Assembly: GCA_948676835.1 (NCBI GenBank) | Contig: CAPOZU010000004.1 | Span: 44,551 to 76,550, forward strand | From: an uncultured Clostridia bacterium | Lineage (GTDB): Bacteria; Bacillota; Clostridia; TANB77; CAG-508 | Direction of reading: 5' to 3' | Length of the DNA stretch: 32,000 nucleotides | In this document: one piece after another, positions 1-8,792 of the stretch | Layout of the letters: each line of letters opens with the position of its first letter | Numbering within the stretch: position 1 is the first letter of the stretch | Notes under the pieces: generated by a model | Seen by the model: the letters and a program-made list of their open reading frames with translations, nothing else | Databases searched by the model: none | Told to the model about the DNA's origin: nothing | Made by a program: the position numbers and the translations under genes

Positions 1-552
1 CCAAGAAAATCCGTTGTAATCCATAAGAGCTTGGGGCTTCTGCTCACTAGCATTTTCAAGTTTATGTCTATACTCAATTTCTTGTGCTTGAGCTTTAAGC
101 ATTTCTTCTGTTTTAATTCTTTCCTCTTCTGAAATTCTATCAATTTCATCAATCTCTCCAAGTCTTTCATCAAGATCTGGAACCATATTTTCTTCTGTTT
201 TAGTATTATTATTAAAGATATTATCTGGATTATATTTCTTTCTTAATTTTTCTTGGTATACTCTTTCGTTTTCTTTAAATATATTTATTAATTCTTGTTT
301 TTGTTCATTAGATTCACACCAGTACTGAAGTGTAAGCATACCAATTAAAGCCGCTGTTTTTTGAGAAATTTTTTGTTCTTCCAGCGGTTTTGTAGCATCT
401 ATATGTTTTTCATAATTACTTGATGCATGTTCTTTAAATATCATGATAAGCTTTTTAGGAATTTTGCTTGTATACTCTTTTTCCATACAGCTTAAAATTT
501 CAAGTAATTCAGCATATGCATAAGCTTGGTCTGGCTTAACTTGTACTGCCAT
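1..552 (-). CDS. Hypothetical protein, N-terminal 184 codons; the ORF runs off the left edge of the window
   Basis: The ATG is at 552..550, preceded by gaaaggac. I checked the frame triplet by triplet and it is open to position 1 (MAVQVKPDQAYAYAELLEILSCMEKEY...). It is not in the supplied ORF track because it is truncated by the window edge. No family recognised. Confidence 0.55.
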   Translation of the reverse strand, partial: MAVQVKPDQAYAYAELLEILSCMEKEYTSKIPKKLIMIFKEHASSNYEKHIDATKPLEEQKISQKTAALIGMLTLQYWCESNEQKQELINIFKENERVYQEKLRKKYNPDNIFNNNTKTEENMVPDLDERLGEIDEIDRISEEERIKTEEMLKAQAQEIEYRHKLENASEQKPQALMDYNGFSW

Positions 553-585
553 TTTGCTTTAGTCCTTTCAAATATTCATTAGTTT

Positions 586-1305
586 TTATAAATCTCTATC
601 GTCATCATCATTACGTTCAACTTCTTTTGGTTTTTGAGTACCAACATTAATTTCTCCAACATCTATTGTTGAAGCTGGTTGATCAACATTTTTAGAAGAA
701 TTATTTATAATATCCCCTGCAGTTAAATCTCCTATTCCTAGTGAATCATTTTCTAAATCAAACTCATCACTAACTTCAACCACTTCTGTTTTAATGCCTT
801 TAGGTTTAGTAATTTCTTCTCTTACATCTTTAGCTGTTTTTGCATTATTAATTATACTTGTTTTTACAGGTTGAGGAATAATTCTAGTTGATTTTACTGC
901 TGCTGATCTTGAAATTGGAATAACCGGCTTAAAGTCTGTTCTTTCAGAAGTTTGAGACAAATCATCTTTCTTTTGCTCATCTCTTCCAATTACATGTGTA
1001 GTTATATTACTTTGATCAACTACTTCTGTTGATCTAAATAATGACTTATTTAGTGTTTCCAATTTTTCCATTAAAACTCTTCTTAAACTTGCAACAGTCC
1101 ACATTGAAGAAATACTTCTATTTGTTCTTTGAAAGGTATCTTTATTTCCAGAATCTAAAAGTTTTGTATTATTGCCAGATTTTATTCTATCAATAATTCT
1201 TGCAAAAAATCCCTTTCTTTCAGGTTCTTCAACTTCTATTTCATAATCATTTAATGGGGCAGAATCATTGCGCAAATTTTTTTCATCTTCTATTTCATTA
1301 TTCAT
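586..1305 (-). CDS. Hypothetical acidic, low-complexity protein (239 aa)
   Basis: A 239-codon ORF in stop-rich AT DNA. A strong SD (AGGGGAGG) lies 7 nt upstream of ATG 1305. No signal peptide and no recognisable motifs. Confidence 0.65.
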   Translation of the reverse strand: MNNEIEDEKNLRNDSAPLNDYEIEVEEPERKGFFARIIDRIKSGNNTKLLDSGNKDTFQRTNRSISSMWTVASLRRVLMEKLETLNKSLFRSTEVVDQSNITTHVIGRDEQKKDDLSQTSERTDFKPVIPISRSAAVKSTRIIPQPVKTSIINNAKTAKDVREEITKPKGIKTEVVEVSDEFDLENDSLGIGDLTAGDIINNSSKNVDQPASTIDVGEINVGTQKPKEVERNDDDDRDL

Positions 1306-1394
1306 GAATCTACCTCCCCTTTTTATACTATAAGTTCATTTTATATATAAAGATTGCAAACTTCAACAAAATTACTAAAATTTAATCAAAATGA

Positions 1395-1461
1395 CACATA
1401 AGAAAAACGCTATTCTTTAAGGATTTAGTGCTAATTTTACTAATTCCCTAAGTATAGCGTT
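1395..1461 (-). terminator. Long hairpin with a T-run downstream of the 672 aa gene
   Basis: aacgctat (1406-1413) pairs with atagcgtt (1454-1461). The interior is partly paired. On the minus strand the hairpin is followed by TTTTCTT. Confidence 0.45.
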
Positions 1462-1467
1462 GTTTTT

Positions 1468-3486
1468 CTAATATTCCCATGAATCATCTTTACTAGATTG
1501 ATTTCCATTTCCTTTTGAGGCACCTGGTTTTTCGCCGTTTTCTCTTTCTTGTTCAACAATTCTAGCAAGTTCATTTTGTACATCTTTTACTTTATCAAAT
1601 GTTATTTCTGACTGTTTTACTACCTTCAAAAAAGAACTTGGTCTGAATACTTGTATAGTTCCTTCCTTGCCTTTTTTTATTACTACTACATTTTTATCTT
1701 GTCCATCACTTGCTTGAATTTCTTCTCCTGTTTCTTCATCCGCTCTAAAAAACTCATCTTGCATAGCAGCTTCCTGTTCTTGAGCTTGCTCTCCTCTTTC
1801 ATCTACTACTATAATTTCTGGTTCTACATGTTCTTCTTTTTCTTCTGATGCTCTTTCTTGTTCTGCTTTTTCTTGTTGCTGTTTTTCATAATATTCTAAT
1901 ATAGCTTTTTCTAAATCTTCTCCTCTTTCCTGCGCATCTGTTGCTATTTGAGTAAATTCCTTATCGACTTCCATTAAAACACCATTATATATATATATCC
2001 CATCTACTTCTGTACTTGGAACTGCAGACTTGTCTGCTTCATCAGTTGGCATATTAAAGAATTCGCTTTCTAGACCTTCTCTTGCTGGTTCAAATGGAGC
2101 AACTTGAAGCTCTACACTTGCTTGTTTAAAAAGTTCAGCAAGTTCTGAATCTTTTATTAGTTCAGTATCTTTTTGAGATTCTATATCTGCTTGTATTTTT
2201 TCAAAATTCATACCAATAGTATTCTCAAATCTCTGCAAAAAACTCTTTCTTTTTTCAGGATTGGTTAAAATATTACTAATTTCACCATGATAATTTATAT
2301 TAGACATTATCTCTAAAATTTGCCCAACTCTATCATCAACTTCCATTTCTTGAAATTCTTCTTTCAGTATATTAGACAAATCCTTATCAGTTTGTTCTGA
2401 TAAAAATTGTAAATCATCATATTCTAAATTTTCAAAATATTTTTTGTATTGTTCCATTGCATTTTTTATTTTATCTGCTTCAAATCCATATTGAGAAAAT
2501 GCAATTGGAAGCTGAGAAATTTCTTCATTTAATGTATCATCTGAAATCAATTCTTCTTGATTTCCAATTTTTTGCTCATCTAAAAATTCGATTGCTTTAT
2601 CAGCTTCTTCTACTGCCTTTTTTTTCTGCTGGACTCCTTCTACTGTCTTTTCAGTACCTTTTTCTTTTTGTTGAAATTCTTTTACTGCCTTTTCGTACTC
2701 TTCTTGAAATATTTTTTTATATTCTTCATATTCTTCTTTTATTTTCTTATATTCTTCAGGATCTTTTATTTCTTCACGAATTTGTGATAAGTACTTGTTA
2801 AAAACTTGGGTTGCATGACTTACTACTTCACGAGCAGCTTCACTATCTGAAATATTTGGATTTTTAGCCCTTATATCTTGTATTTTTTTATAAAAAGCTG
2901 GATTCTTTTTATAGTAATCTTCTATTGCCTTTTTATCTCCAGTTGTATATGCATCAAACAAATCTGAAAAACCTTCTATTACTTTAGAAGCAAATATTGT
3001 ATCTTCTGTTTTATCTGGAATATCATTCCAGTCTTTAGCTATGTTTCTTAATGCTGAGCCCATTTTTTCTATGTCTACTTTATTTAAATTATTTATAAAT
3101 ATTTCTTTCTCTTCAGCAGATAACTTATCATAATTATTTAACATCTCGTTTATAACTATGCCTGTGATAATAATATCTGATGTTTTCAATTTTTCTCTAT
3201 TTTCCAATACACTTCGTTCTTTCATTTGCTTTGTATATTCAACTGTATTTTTAGCACTCTTAATTATTTGTGAAGAAACTGAAATTGTGCCAGAAGTTGG
3301 TTCTAATAGTTTATTTCCATTTTTTACTTGTTGATTTATAACTACTAATGCCTCGTCATATTCATCATTTGTTAATTCATTAAAATTGTCTCTTAATTCT
3401 TTACAAAAATCATTAAAATATATAACTTCGTTAGTTTCAGTTTGTGCTATTTCAAATAAAGTATTTACTATTGTATCAGAAGACAT
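1468..3486 (-). CDS. Hypothetical large glutamate/lysine-rich protein, probably coiled-coil (672 aa)
   Basis: A 672-codon ORF. SD AAGGAGAG lies upstream of ATG 3486. The central and C-terminal thirds are strongly E/K/Q rich. No signal peptide, TM segment or catalytic motif seen. Confidence 0.75.
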   Translation of the reverse strand: MSSDTIVNTLFEIAQTETNEVIYFNDFCKELRDNFNELTNDEYDEALVVINQQVKNGNKLLEPTSGTISVSSQIIKSAKNTVEYTKQMKERSVLENREKLKTSDIIITGIVINEMLNNYDKLSAEEKEIFINNLNKVDIEKMGSALRNIAKDWNDIPDKTEDTIFASKVIEGFSDLFDAYTTGDKKAIEDYYKKNPAFYKKIQDIRAKNPNISDSEAAREVVSHATQVFNKYLSQIREEIKDPEEYKKIKEEYEEYKKIFQEEYEKAVKEFQQKEKGTEKTVEGVQQKKKAVEEADKAIEFLDEQKIGNQEELISDDTLNEEISQLPIAFSQYGFEADKIKNAMEQYKKYFENLEYDDLQFLSEQTDKDLSNILKEEFQEMEVDDRVGQILEIMSNINYHGEISNILTNPEKRKSFLQRFENTIGMNFEKIQADIESQKDTELIKDSELAELFKQASVELQVAPFEPAREGLESEFFNMPTDEADKSAVPSTEVDGIYIYNGVLMEVDKEFTQIATDAQERGEDLEKAILEYYEKQQQEKAEQERASEEKEEHVEPEIIVVDERGEQAQEQEAAMQDEFFRADEETGEEIQASDGQDKNVVVIKKGKEGTIQVFRPSSFLKVVKQSEITFDKVKDVQNELARIVEQERENGEKPGASKGNGNQSSKDDSWEY

Positions 3487-3585
3487 CAGCTTTTCTCTCC
3501 TTTTTATCTAATATAACAATTGTATTTTATTTCTAAGCAAATTATTTTACAATTACCATATATTAACATTTATGTTTCTTTTTTA

Positions 3586-3614
3586 TTGCTTTTTTATGTA
3601 AAGTGTGTTATTAT
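3586..3614 (+). promoter_or_regulatory. Sigma-A type promoter for the 176 aa gene
   Basis: TTGCTT (3586-3591), a 17 nt spacer ending in TGt, then TATTAT (3609-3614). It lies about 27 nt upstream of the SD GGAAAGGAG. Confidence 0.45.
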
Positions 3615-3640
3615 ATAAATAGTTTGGAAAGGAGTATTTT

Positions 3641-4171
3641 ATGGGATTAAGAGATAAATATAAAAAAAATGATAAACCAGAATTTCAACCATTAGATTTA
3701 AATGAGATGAATGTACAAGCAATATTTAAAAGATGCTTAACTACTAATAATTCACCAAAACCTGGTGAAGATTATAATTCAGTTATATTTGGCCGTGATG
3801 GAGGATATGCCGAAGATCATCAACCTGTTTGCTTTAACATAAAACAATTACGAGCAAATGATGAAACAATAAGATTTTTATTTGGTCAATTACAAGCAAT
3901 ACATCAAGGGAAAAAACAATTTTCAGTAGAGGATTCTATTTTAAAATATAATGGTACTAATTGGACATCCAATAAAGGTATTATGATGGAACTTCTTTAT
4001 CTAGGAGAAGCATCTGCTACAATAACACCTTTTATTGCTAAAACAGGTAAAGCTAATGTTGCACTTGTAAAACCAACACTTTCACCTAAAGACCCTAAAT
4101 TTGCAGAATGGTACAAAGGTTATGAAGCAGAAATGAAAAAAGCTGAAGGACCAACACCAGACGAAAAATAA
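3641..4171 (+). CDS. Hypothetical protein (176 aa)
   Basis: The ORF has SD GGAAAGGAG 7 nt before the ATG and is followed by a clear terminator. No family recognised. Confidence 0.7.
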   Translation: MGLRDKYKKNDKPEFQPLDLNEMNVQAIFKRCLTTNNSPKPGEDYNSVIFGRDGGYAEDHQPVCFNIKQLRANDETIRFLFGQLQAIHQGKKQFSVEDSILKYNGTNWTSNKGIMMELLYLGEASATITPFIAKTGKANVALVKPTLSPKDPKFAEWYKGYEAEMKKAEGPTPDEK

Positions 4172-4198
4172 GTAAATAAAATTTATACATAAAAAAAG

Positions 4199-4245
4199 AC
4201 ATATCTATTTAGCTACACGCTTTATAGATATGTTTTTTATTTTTC
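4199..4245 (+). terminator. Rho-independent terminator
   Basis: acatatctat (4199-4208) pairs with atagatatgt (4224-4233), followed by TTTTTTATTTTT. Confidence 0.7.
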
Positions 4246-4390
4246 AAAAAATTACTAAAAAAAAATGAAACTTAAGGTGCTTTCTTAAATTTCATTTCTT
4301 ACTAATTATTATACACTATTATTTACAAAAAAACAATTCTTTTCTTTATTAATAATTCGTTATATAATGTAGCTCGTGAGGTGATTAACT

Positions 4391-5833
4391 TTGAATAAAA
4401 ATTATGATTTAATTATTGTCGGAGCTGGTCCTAGTGGTGTTTTTACTGCTTATGAACTTATAGAGCTTGGCATAGCAAAAGATAAAAAAATATTACTTAT
4501 AGAGCAAGGAAAGTCTGTAGATAAAAGATCTTGTCCTGTAGAAAAAGTAGGAAAATGTATAAAATGCAAACCTTATTGCAATATTACCAGTGGTTTTTCA
4601 GGAGCAGGAGCTTTCTCAGATGGAAAATTAACTCTTCCAAATAAAGATAGCGATTCTATTGAAGTTGGTGGAATTTTAGACCAATATCTTGGTGTTGAGA
4701 AAACTAAAGAGCTAATGTTCTATACAGATGAAATATATTTAAAATTTGGTGCTGATCCAAAACTTCAAGGATTAGACCATTTAGATGAAATTAAGAAAAT
4801 ATCAGATAAGGCTAAAGAAAATAACATAACTTTAGCAAATTGCCCAATTAGACATTTAGGTACAGAAAAAAGTCACGAATTATATAAAAAGATTCAAGAT
4901 TATATATTAGCACACAATGTTGAAATCATGTTTGAAACTAATGTTAAAGATTTAATTGTAGAAAACAATAAAATTTCTGGTGTAATAATTGAACCTTCAA
5001 ACCACAAAGAAGATGATGAAGAAATATCTTTATATGCAAATAAAGTTGTTATTGGTGTTGGTAGAAAAGGTGCTGAATGGCTTGCAAAAATGTGTGAAGA
5101 CCATTCTATTAAGAATCGCGCTGGTGTTGTTGATGTTGGTGTTAGATATGAACTTCCAGATAGTGTTATGAAAGACATAAATGAATATCTTTATGAAGGA
5201 AAATTTGTTGCAAGACTTGCTCCTTATAAAGATAAAGTTAGAACATTCTGCCAAAACCCTAGTGGATTTGTTGCAAATGAAGTTTATGATAATAACTTAA
5301 CTTTAGTAAATGGACATTCTTATAAAGATAGAAAAAGTACTAATACAAATTTAGCTATACTTGCATCTCATCATTTTAATGATCCATTTAAAGAACCTAT
5401 TAAATATGGTATCAATATTGCTGAAAATGCAAATCAACTTGGAAAAGGTAATGTTTTAGTCCAAAGACTTGGAGATATTTTAGAAGGAAAACGTACTTGG
5501 GAAAAAGACTTAGAAAATAATAGTGTTGTTCCAACATTAAAAACTGCTGTTGCTGGTGATATCACTTATGCAATTGGATATAGAACAATGGTAGATATAT
5601 TAGAATTTATTAAAGCCTTAGATAAAGTTATTCCTGGATTTGCTCATCCTGATAATCTTTTATATGCTGCTGAAATTAAATTCTATTCAAATCAAATTAC
5701 AATAGACAATAATTTCGAAACAAGTGTAAGTGGCTTATATTCTATTGGAGATGGCGGAGGGCTTACTCGTGGATTAATTATGGCATCTGCAAGTGGTGTT
5801 CAAATGGCAAGAATTTTAAAAGATATTTTATAA
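4391..5833 (+). CDS. FAD-dependent oxidoreductase (uncharacterised NAD(FAD)-utilising dehydrogenase family, COG2509-like)
   Basis: The N-terminus has a Rossmann dinucleotide-binding motif (DLIIVGAGPSGVFTA). Other recognisable stretches are the Cys-rich segment CPVEKVGKCIKCKPYC, GFSGAGAFSDGKL, and the C-terminal SIGDGGGLTRG. TTG start with SD GTGAGGTGA. Confidence 0.8.
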   Translation: MNKNYDLIIVGAGPSGVFTAYELIELGIAKDKKILLIEQGKSVDKRSCPVEKVGKCIKCKPYCNITSGFSGAGAFSDGKLTLPNKDSDSIEVGGILDQYLGVEKTKELMFYTDEIYLKFGADPKLQGLDHLDEIKKISDKAKENNITLANCPIRHLGTEKSHELYKKIQDYILAHNVEIMFETNVKDLIVENNKISGVIIEPSNHKEDDEEISLYANKVVIGVGRKGAEWLAKMCEDHSIKNRAGVVDVGVRYELPDSVMKDINEYLYEGKFVARLAPYKDKVRTFCQNPSGFVANEVYDNNLTLVNGHSYKDRKSTNTNLAILASHHFNDPFKEPIKYGINIAENANQLGKGNVLVQRLGDILEGKRTWEKDLENNSVVPTLKTAVAGDITYAIGYRTMVDILEFIKALDKVIPGFAHPDNLLYAAEIKFYSNQITIDNNFETSVSGLYSIGDGGGLTRGLIMASASGVQMARILKDIL

Positions 5834-5840
5834 TATATCA

Positions 5841-5870
5841 AAAGAGTAGATTTCTTAAAATCTACTCTTT
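5841..5870. terminator. Bidirectional terminator hairpin between convergent genes
   Basis: Perfect 13 bp stem: aaagagtagattt (5841-5853) pairs with aaatctactcttt (5858-5870). An A-run and a T-run flank it. The stop codon of the LPXTG gene lies in the loop. Confidence 0.7.
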
Positions 5871-8083
5871 TTTCTACGTTTTGGGACCACTGCTTTTTTA
5901 GTAAAAAATACTATAACAAAAATACTTCCAATTAATAAATCACTTCTTCCTTTAAGCTCTCCCACTCCACCAGTAACTGGTAATTCATATTGTTTGATAT
6001 TTGATACTACAATTTGTACATTTAATAAATCTTCTTTTTCACCATTAACTTCTATAATATCTAATTTTTGACTTCCTATAATATAATTTTTAGGTGCTTC
6101 TAGTTCTGTTAGTTTATAAAATCCATATTTTAAAGTATCAAAAACTAAGTTTCCATCTTTATCTGTTGTTCCATCTAAAATAGTAAATTCCTCATCATTT
6201 TCCACTACATCCCATGTTCCAGTCTCTTCGTTTTGTATTACTTTTTCTAATTTAAATTTTGCATTTTGAAGCAATATATCTGAGTTTGCTCTATCTACTT
6301 TTGTTATTTGTATTGTTCCATATTTATTATAAGTTAATGTTATGATATTATTTTCAAAATCTTCCGTTTTCTCACAATAATATCCTTCCACATTTTCTCC
6401 ATCTACTGTGTATTTTATTTCATTTCCAGCATCATCAAGTCTTTTTAAGTTATCCCATGTATGAGTCCAACCCATTTCTGGTGTTAATGTTTTTTCTTCA
6501 AGTTGACTATCATTTGAAACTTGTTTTAAATATACTTTTGATGATTCCTCTGCACCACCATTCCATATCTCTACTACAGTAATACTTTTTGTATTTTTTA
6601 TATAGTATATATTTATGACATTTTCATCACTATTGCTTGATATTGTTATGCTTTCAGGATCTATGCTATCAAAAAGATATCCTTCAAATTCTTTTATTTC
6701 TACTACTTCGCTGGATATTATAGTATTTTGAAATACTTGTTCTGGAACTTTTATAGATTCTAATATGTTTCCAGTTTCTTTTTCAATATAGTTTATTGTA
6801 TATTCTAAATCATTTCTTTTTTCATAAGTATTTGTTATGCTTCTGCTTCCTTCTGTAAATGTTGATTCAACTTCAAATAATATAGTATCATTTTCTATTA
6901 TAGCTTCATCCGTACTTGATATTGTATTTTTATACCCGTTAATTTCTGAGCCTACTTCTTTTAAAGTTAGCTGTGTTTTTTCTGTTACACCATCTTGCAC
7001 TATATAATTTGGAACTGGTATAGTCCATTCTAATATAGGATTTTCTCCACTTTCTATGATTTGAAGATTCTCATTTTCTAATGATAGAGTTCCATTATTA
7101 GCATAAGCTGATAATGAATTTGTAACCTCATATTCTAAAGAAAGTTCTTTAGGAATTGCATCATAATTTTGAACTCCAACAAATTCTTTTCTAATTATTA
7201 AATCTTTATCTTCTACATAAGTAGCATTTGGCTTCCATACTGCATAAAGTTCTTTACTCACAGGCGTTTTCGAACTTCCTAATCCATCTGACCAATTTAA
7301 AGGAATACTATCTCCACTAGTATATTGCGCTTCTTCTGCATCAGGTGTATCAGCCCATCCTAAAAATGTATATCCTTGTTTTTGTGGCACTACTGATGTG
7401 ACACTTAAATTAGCACTTGTACTTGCAAATTTATTTGTTGTTGTAGAAGGCATGTTTGTTACATTTTCTTCGTTTGCGTTATAATTTAGAGAATAATATG
7501 CATAAATTGTAGCATTAAACAAATCATTATATCTATACCATTGATAATCTTGTGGAAAGCTAAGATATCTACCACATTGACAGTATCCTTGGTTAGATGG
7601 AACTACATAATTACAATAATAATTAAATGATACCGTTCCAATTCCTGGTTTTATTGTTGTAAATTCTACTACTCCATATATTCCATCTCCATAACAATCG
7701 CCAATTTTAAGCCTATTGCCATTATCTGTAATGGAAATATCAATATAATATGTAGCATTATATAATAAAACTTCTCTTCTACAATAAGAACAATATTTAG
7801 AATATGTATTATTTATCTCTAATGAATTCTGCTCTCCTACATCCATTTCAAAAGATCCATTAGAAGTCTCTGTAGTTCCTCCATTTATACTCGTGCCTGA
7901 AAATTCACTTGGTTTTTTAGTAGCATCAACATAAACATTGGATGCCCTCTCTGATACTCCTTCTGCTGCTACACTAATACCATTTTCCTGTATTGGAACC
8001 ATACCAATCTCGTTTTCCTGTATTTCTTCCATCGCAATTGCTGTATTTTGAAATGCAGACAAAACAATAGAAATAATTAGCAA
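5855..8083 (-). CDS. LPXTG-anchored cell-wall surface protein with Cna-B/SpaA-type fold repeats; the 5' end appears to be controlled by a dinucleotide repeat
   Basis: The C-terminus has LPVTGG, a hydrophobic stretch and an RRKKSRF tail, which is a sortase signal. TIQITKVD...KFKL...DGTTDKDGNLVFDTLKYGFYKLTELEAPKNY resembles a SpaA/Cna-B prealbumin-like domain. GYTFLGWADTPDA...LYAVWKP resembles a Listeria-Bacteroides repeat. The N-terminus KKIKNKIIAILLIISIVLSAFQNTAIA looks like a signal peptide, but there is no ATG and no SD at the track start TTG 8083. See the finding on 8083-8210. Confidence 0.85.
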   Translation of the reverse strand: MLIISIVLSAFQNTAIAMEEIQENEIGMVPIQENGISVAAEGVSERASNVYVDATKKPSEFSGTSINGGTTETSNGSFEMDVGEQNSLEINNTYSKYCSYCRREVLLYNATYYIDISITDNGNRLKIGDCYGDGIYGVVEFTTIKPGIGTVSFNYYCNYVVPSNQGYCQCGRYLSFPQDYQWYRYNDLFNATIYAYYSLNYNANEENVTNMPSTTTNKFASTSANLSVTSVVPQKQGYTFLGWADTPDAEEAQYTSGDSIPLNWSDGLGSSKTPVSKELYAVWKPNATYVEDKDLIIRKEFVGVQNYDAIPKELSLEYEVTNSLSAYANNGTLSLENENLQIIESGENPILEWTIPVPNYIVQDGVTEKTQLTLKEVGSEINGYKNTISSTDEAIIENDTILFEVESTFTEGSRSITNTYEKRNDLEYTINYIEKETGNILESIKVPEQVFQNTIISSEVVEIKEFEGYLFDSIDPESITISSNSDENVINIYYIKNTKSITVVEIWNGGAEESSKVYLKQVSNDSQLEEKTLTPEMGWTHTWDNLKRLDDAGNEIKYTVDGENVEGYYCEKTEDFENNIITLTYNKYGTIQITKVDRANSDILLQNAKFKLEKVIQNEETGTWDVVENDEEFTILDGTTDKDGNLVFDTLKYGFYKLTELEAPKNYIIGSQKLDIIEVNGEKEDLLNVQIVVSNIKQYELPVTGGVGELKGRSDLLIGSIFVIVFFTKKAVVPKRRKKSRF

Positions 8084-8118
8084 AATAGCAATTATTTTAT
8101 TTTTTATTTTTTTGGCTA

Positions 8119-8193
<75 letters not shown>

Positions 8194-8371
8194 ACTACCT
8201 TTTCCTTTCTTTTGTACTCATGTTCTTTATTTTGAGTATAAATCAAGAACTTTGCAAAGTATGTTACAGTAGTATTACGGGATTTGCCAAAATTGTTTTG
8301 TATTCATTCGGATACAAAGAATGTAGTGATGCGTTTTGCGTGCATCACATTTGAAATGCACTTCAGGATTT

Positions 8372-8408
8372 TATAAAAAAATAAACCTTAGAAATGTTTC
8401 TAAGGTTT
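8372..8408 (-). terminator. Rho-independent terminator ending the 362 aa/123 aa operon
   Basis: aaaccttagaaa (8383-8394) pairs with tttctaaggttt (8397-8408). On the minus strand the hairpin is followed by ATTTTTTTTAT. Confidence 0.7.
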
Positions 8409-8420
8409 ATGTCTTTGTTT

Positions 8421-8792
8421 TTAAAATATATTTCCATGTTTTTCTATAATAATTCCTACAATATCATCTAAGTATCCTATAAGAAATTCTACGTCTCTTC
8501 TCTTTACTTTTTCATAATTTATAAGATTATATTCTCCATTTATTTCTGTAAGAATACCCGAAATATCTTTTTCTTTACTTTCTAATATTTTAATTAAATT
8601 AATTATATTAGAACTTTCAACTTTTTCATTATATACTTTTTCCAAAAGCACAACATTTACTAGTTCAACTAGTGCCGCTGCTGCTTTATATGCATCTTTA
8701 TAACCTCCGCTACTTATTAAATTGTCTATAGTTTCAATTTTACCATTTAGAAAAGATATCTTACTTATATTTTTTATCATTACACTTTTCAT
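8421..8792 (-). CDS. Hypothetical small, probably helical protein (123 aa)
   Basis: The ORF start overlaps the upstream stop in TAATG at 8790-8794, which implies translational coupling. No family recognised. Confidence 0.6.
   Translation of the reverse strand: MKSVMIKNISKISFLNGKIETIDNLISSGGYKDAYKAAAALVELVNVVLLEKVYNEKVESSNIINLIKILESKEKDISGILTEINGEYNLINYEKVKRRDVEFLIGYLDDIVGIIIEKHGNIF

Noticed and set aside
1651-2801. Plus-strand ORFs 1651-1848 and 2457-2801 inside the 672 aa gene
   Set aside because: They are antisense to a much longer, SD-preceded ORF. Their F/L/S-rich low-complexity translations are what you get from the complement of an E/K-rich gene.
4900-5254. Three short ORFs overlapping the FAD oxidoreductase gene (both strands)
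   Set aside because: They are nested in a well-supported 480 aa gene with recognisable motifs. They have no SD and implausible composition.
8326-8348. Hairpin gtgatgc-N9-gcatcac upstream of the LPXTG gene as a regulatory element or inverton arm
   Set aside because: It is a single short 7 bp stem with no partner inverted repeat flanking a promoter. That is not enough to call an invertible switch or riboswitch.
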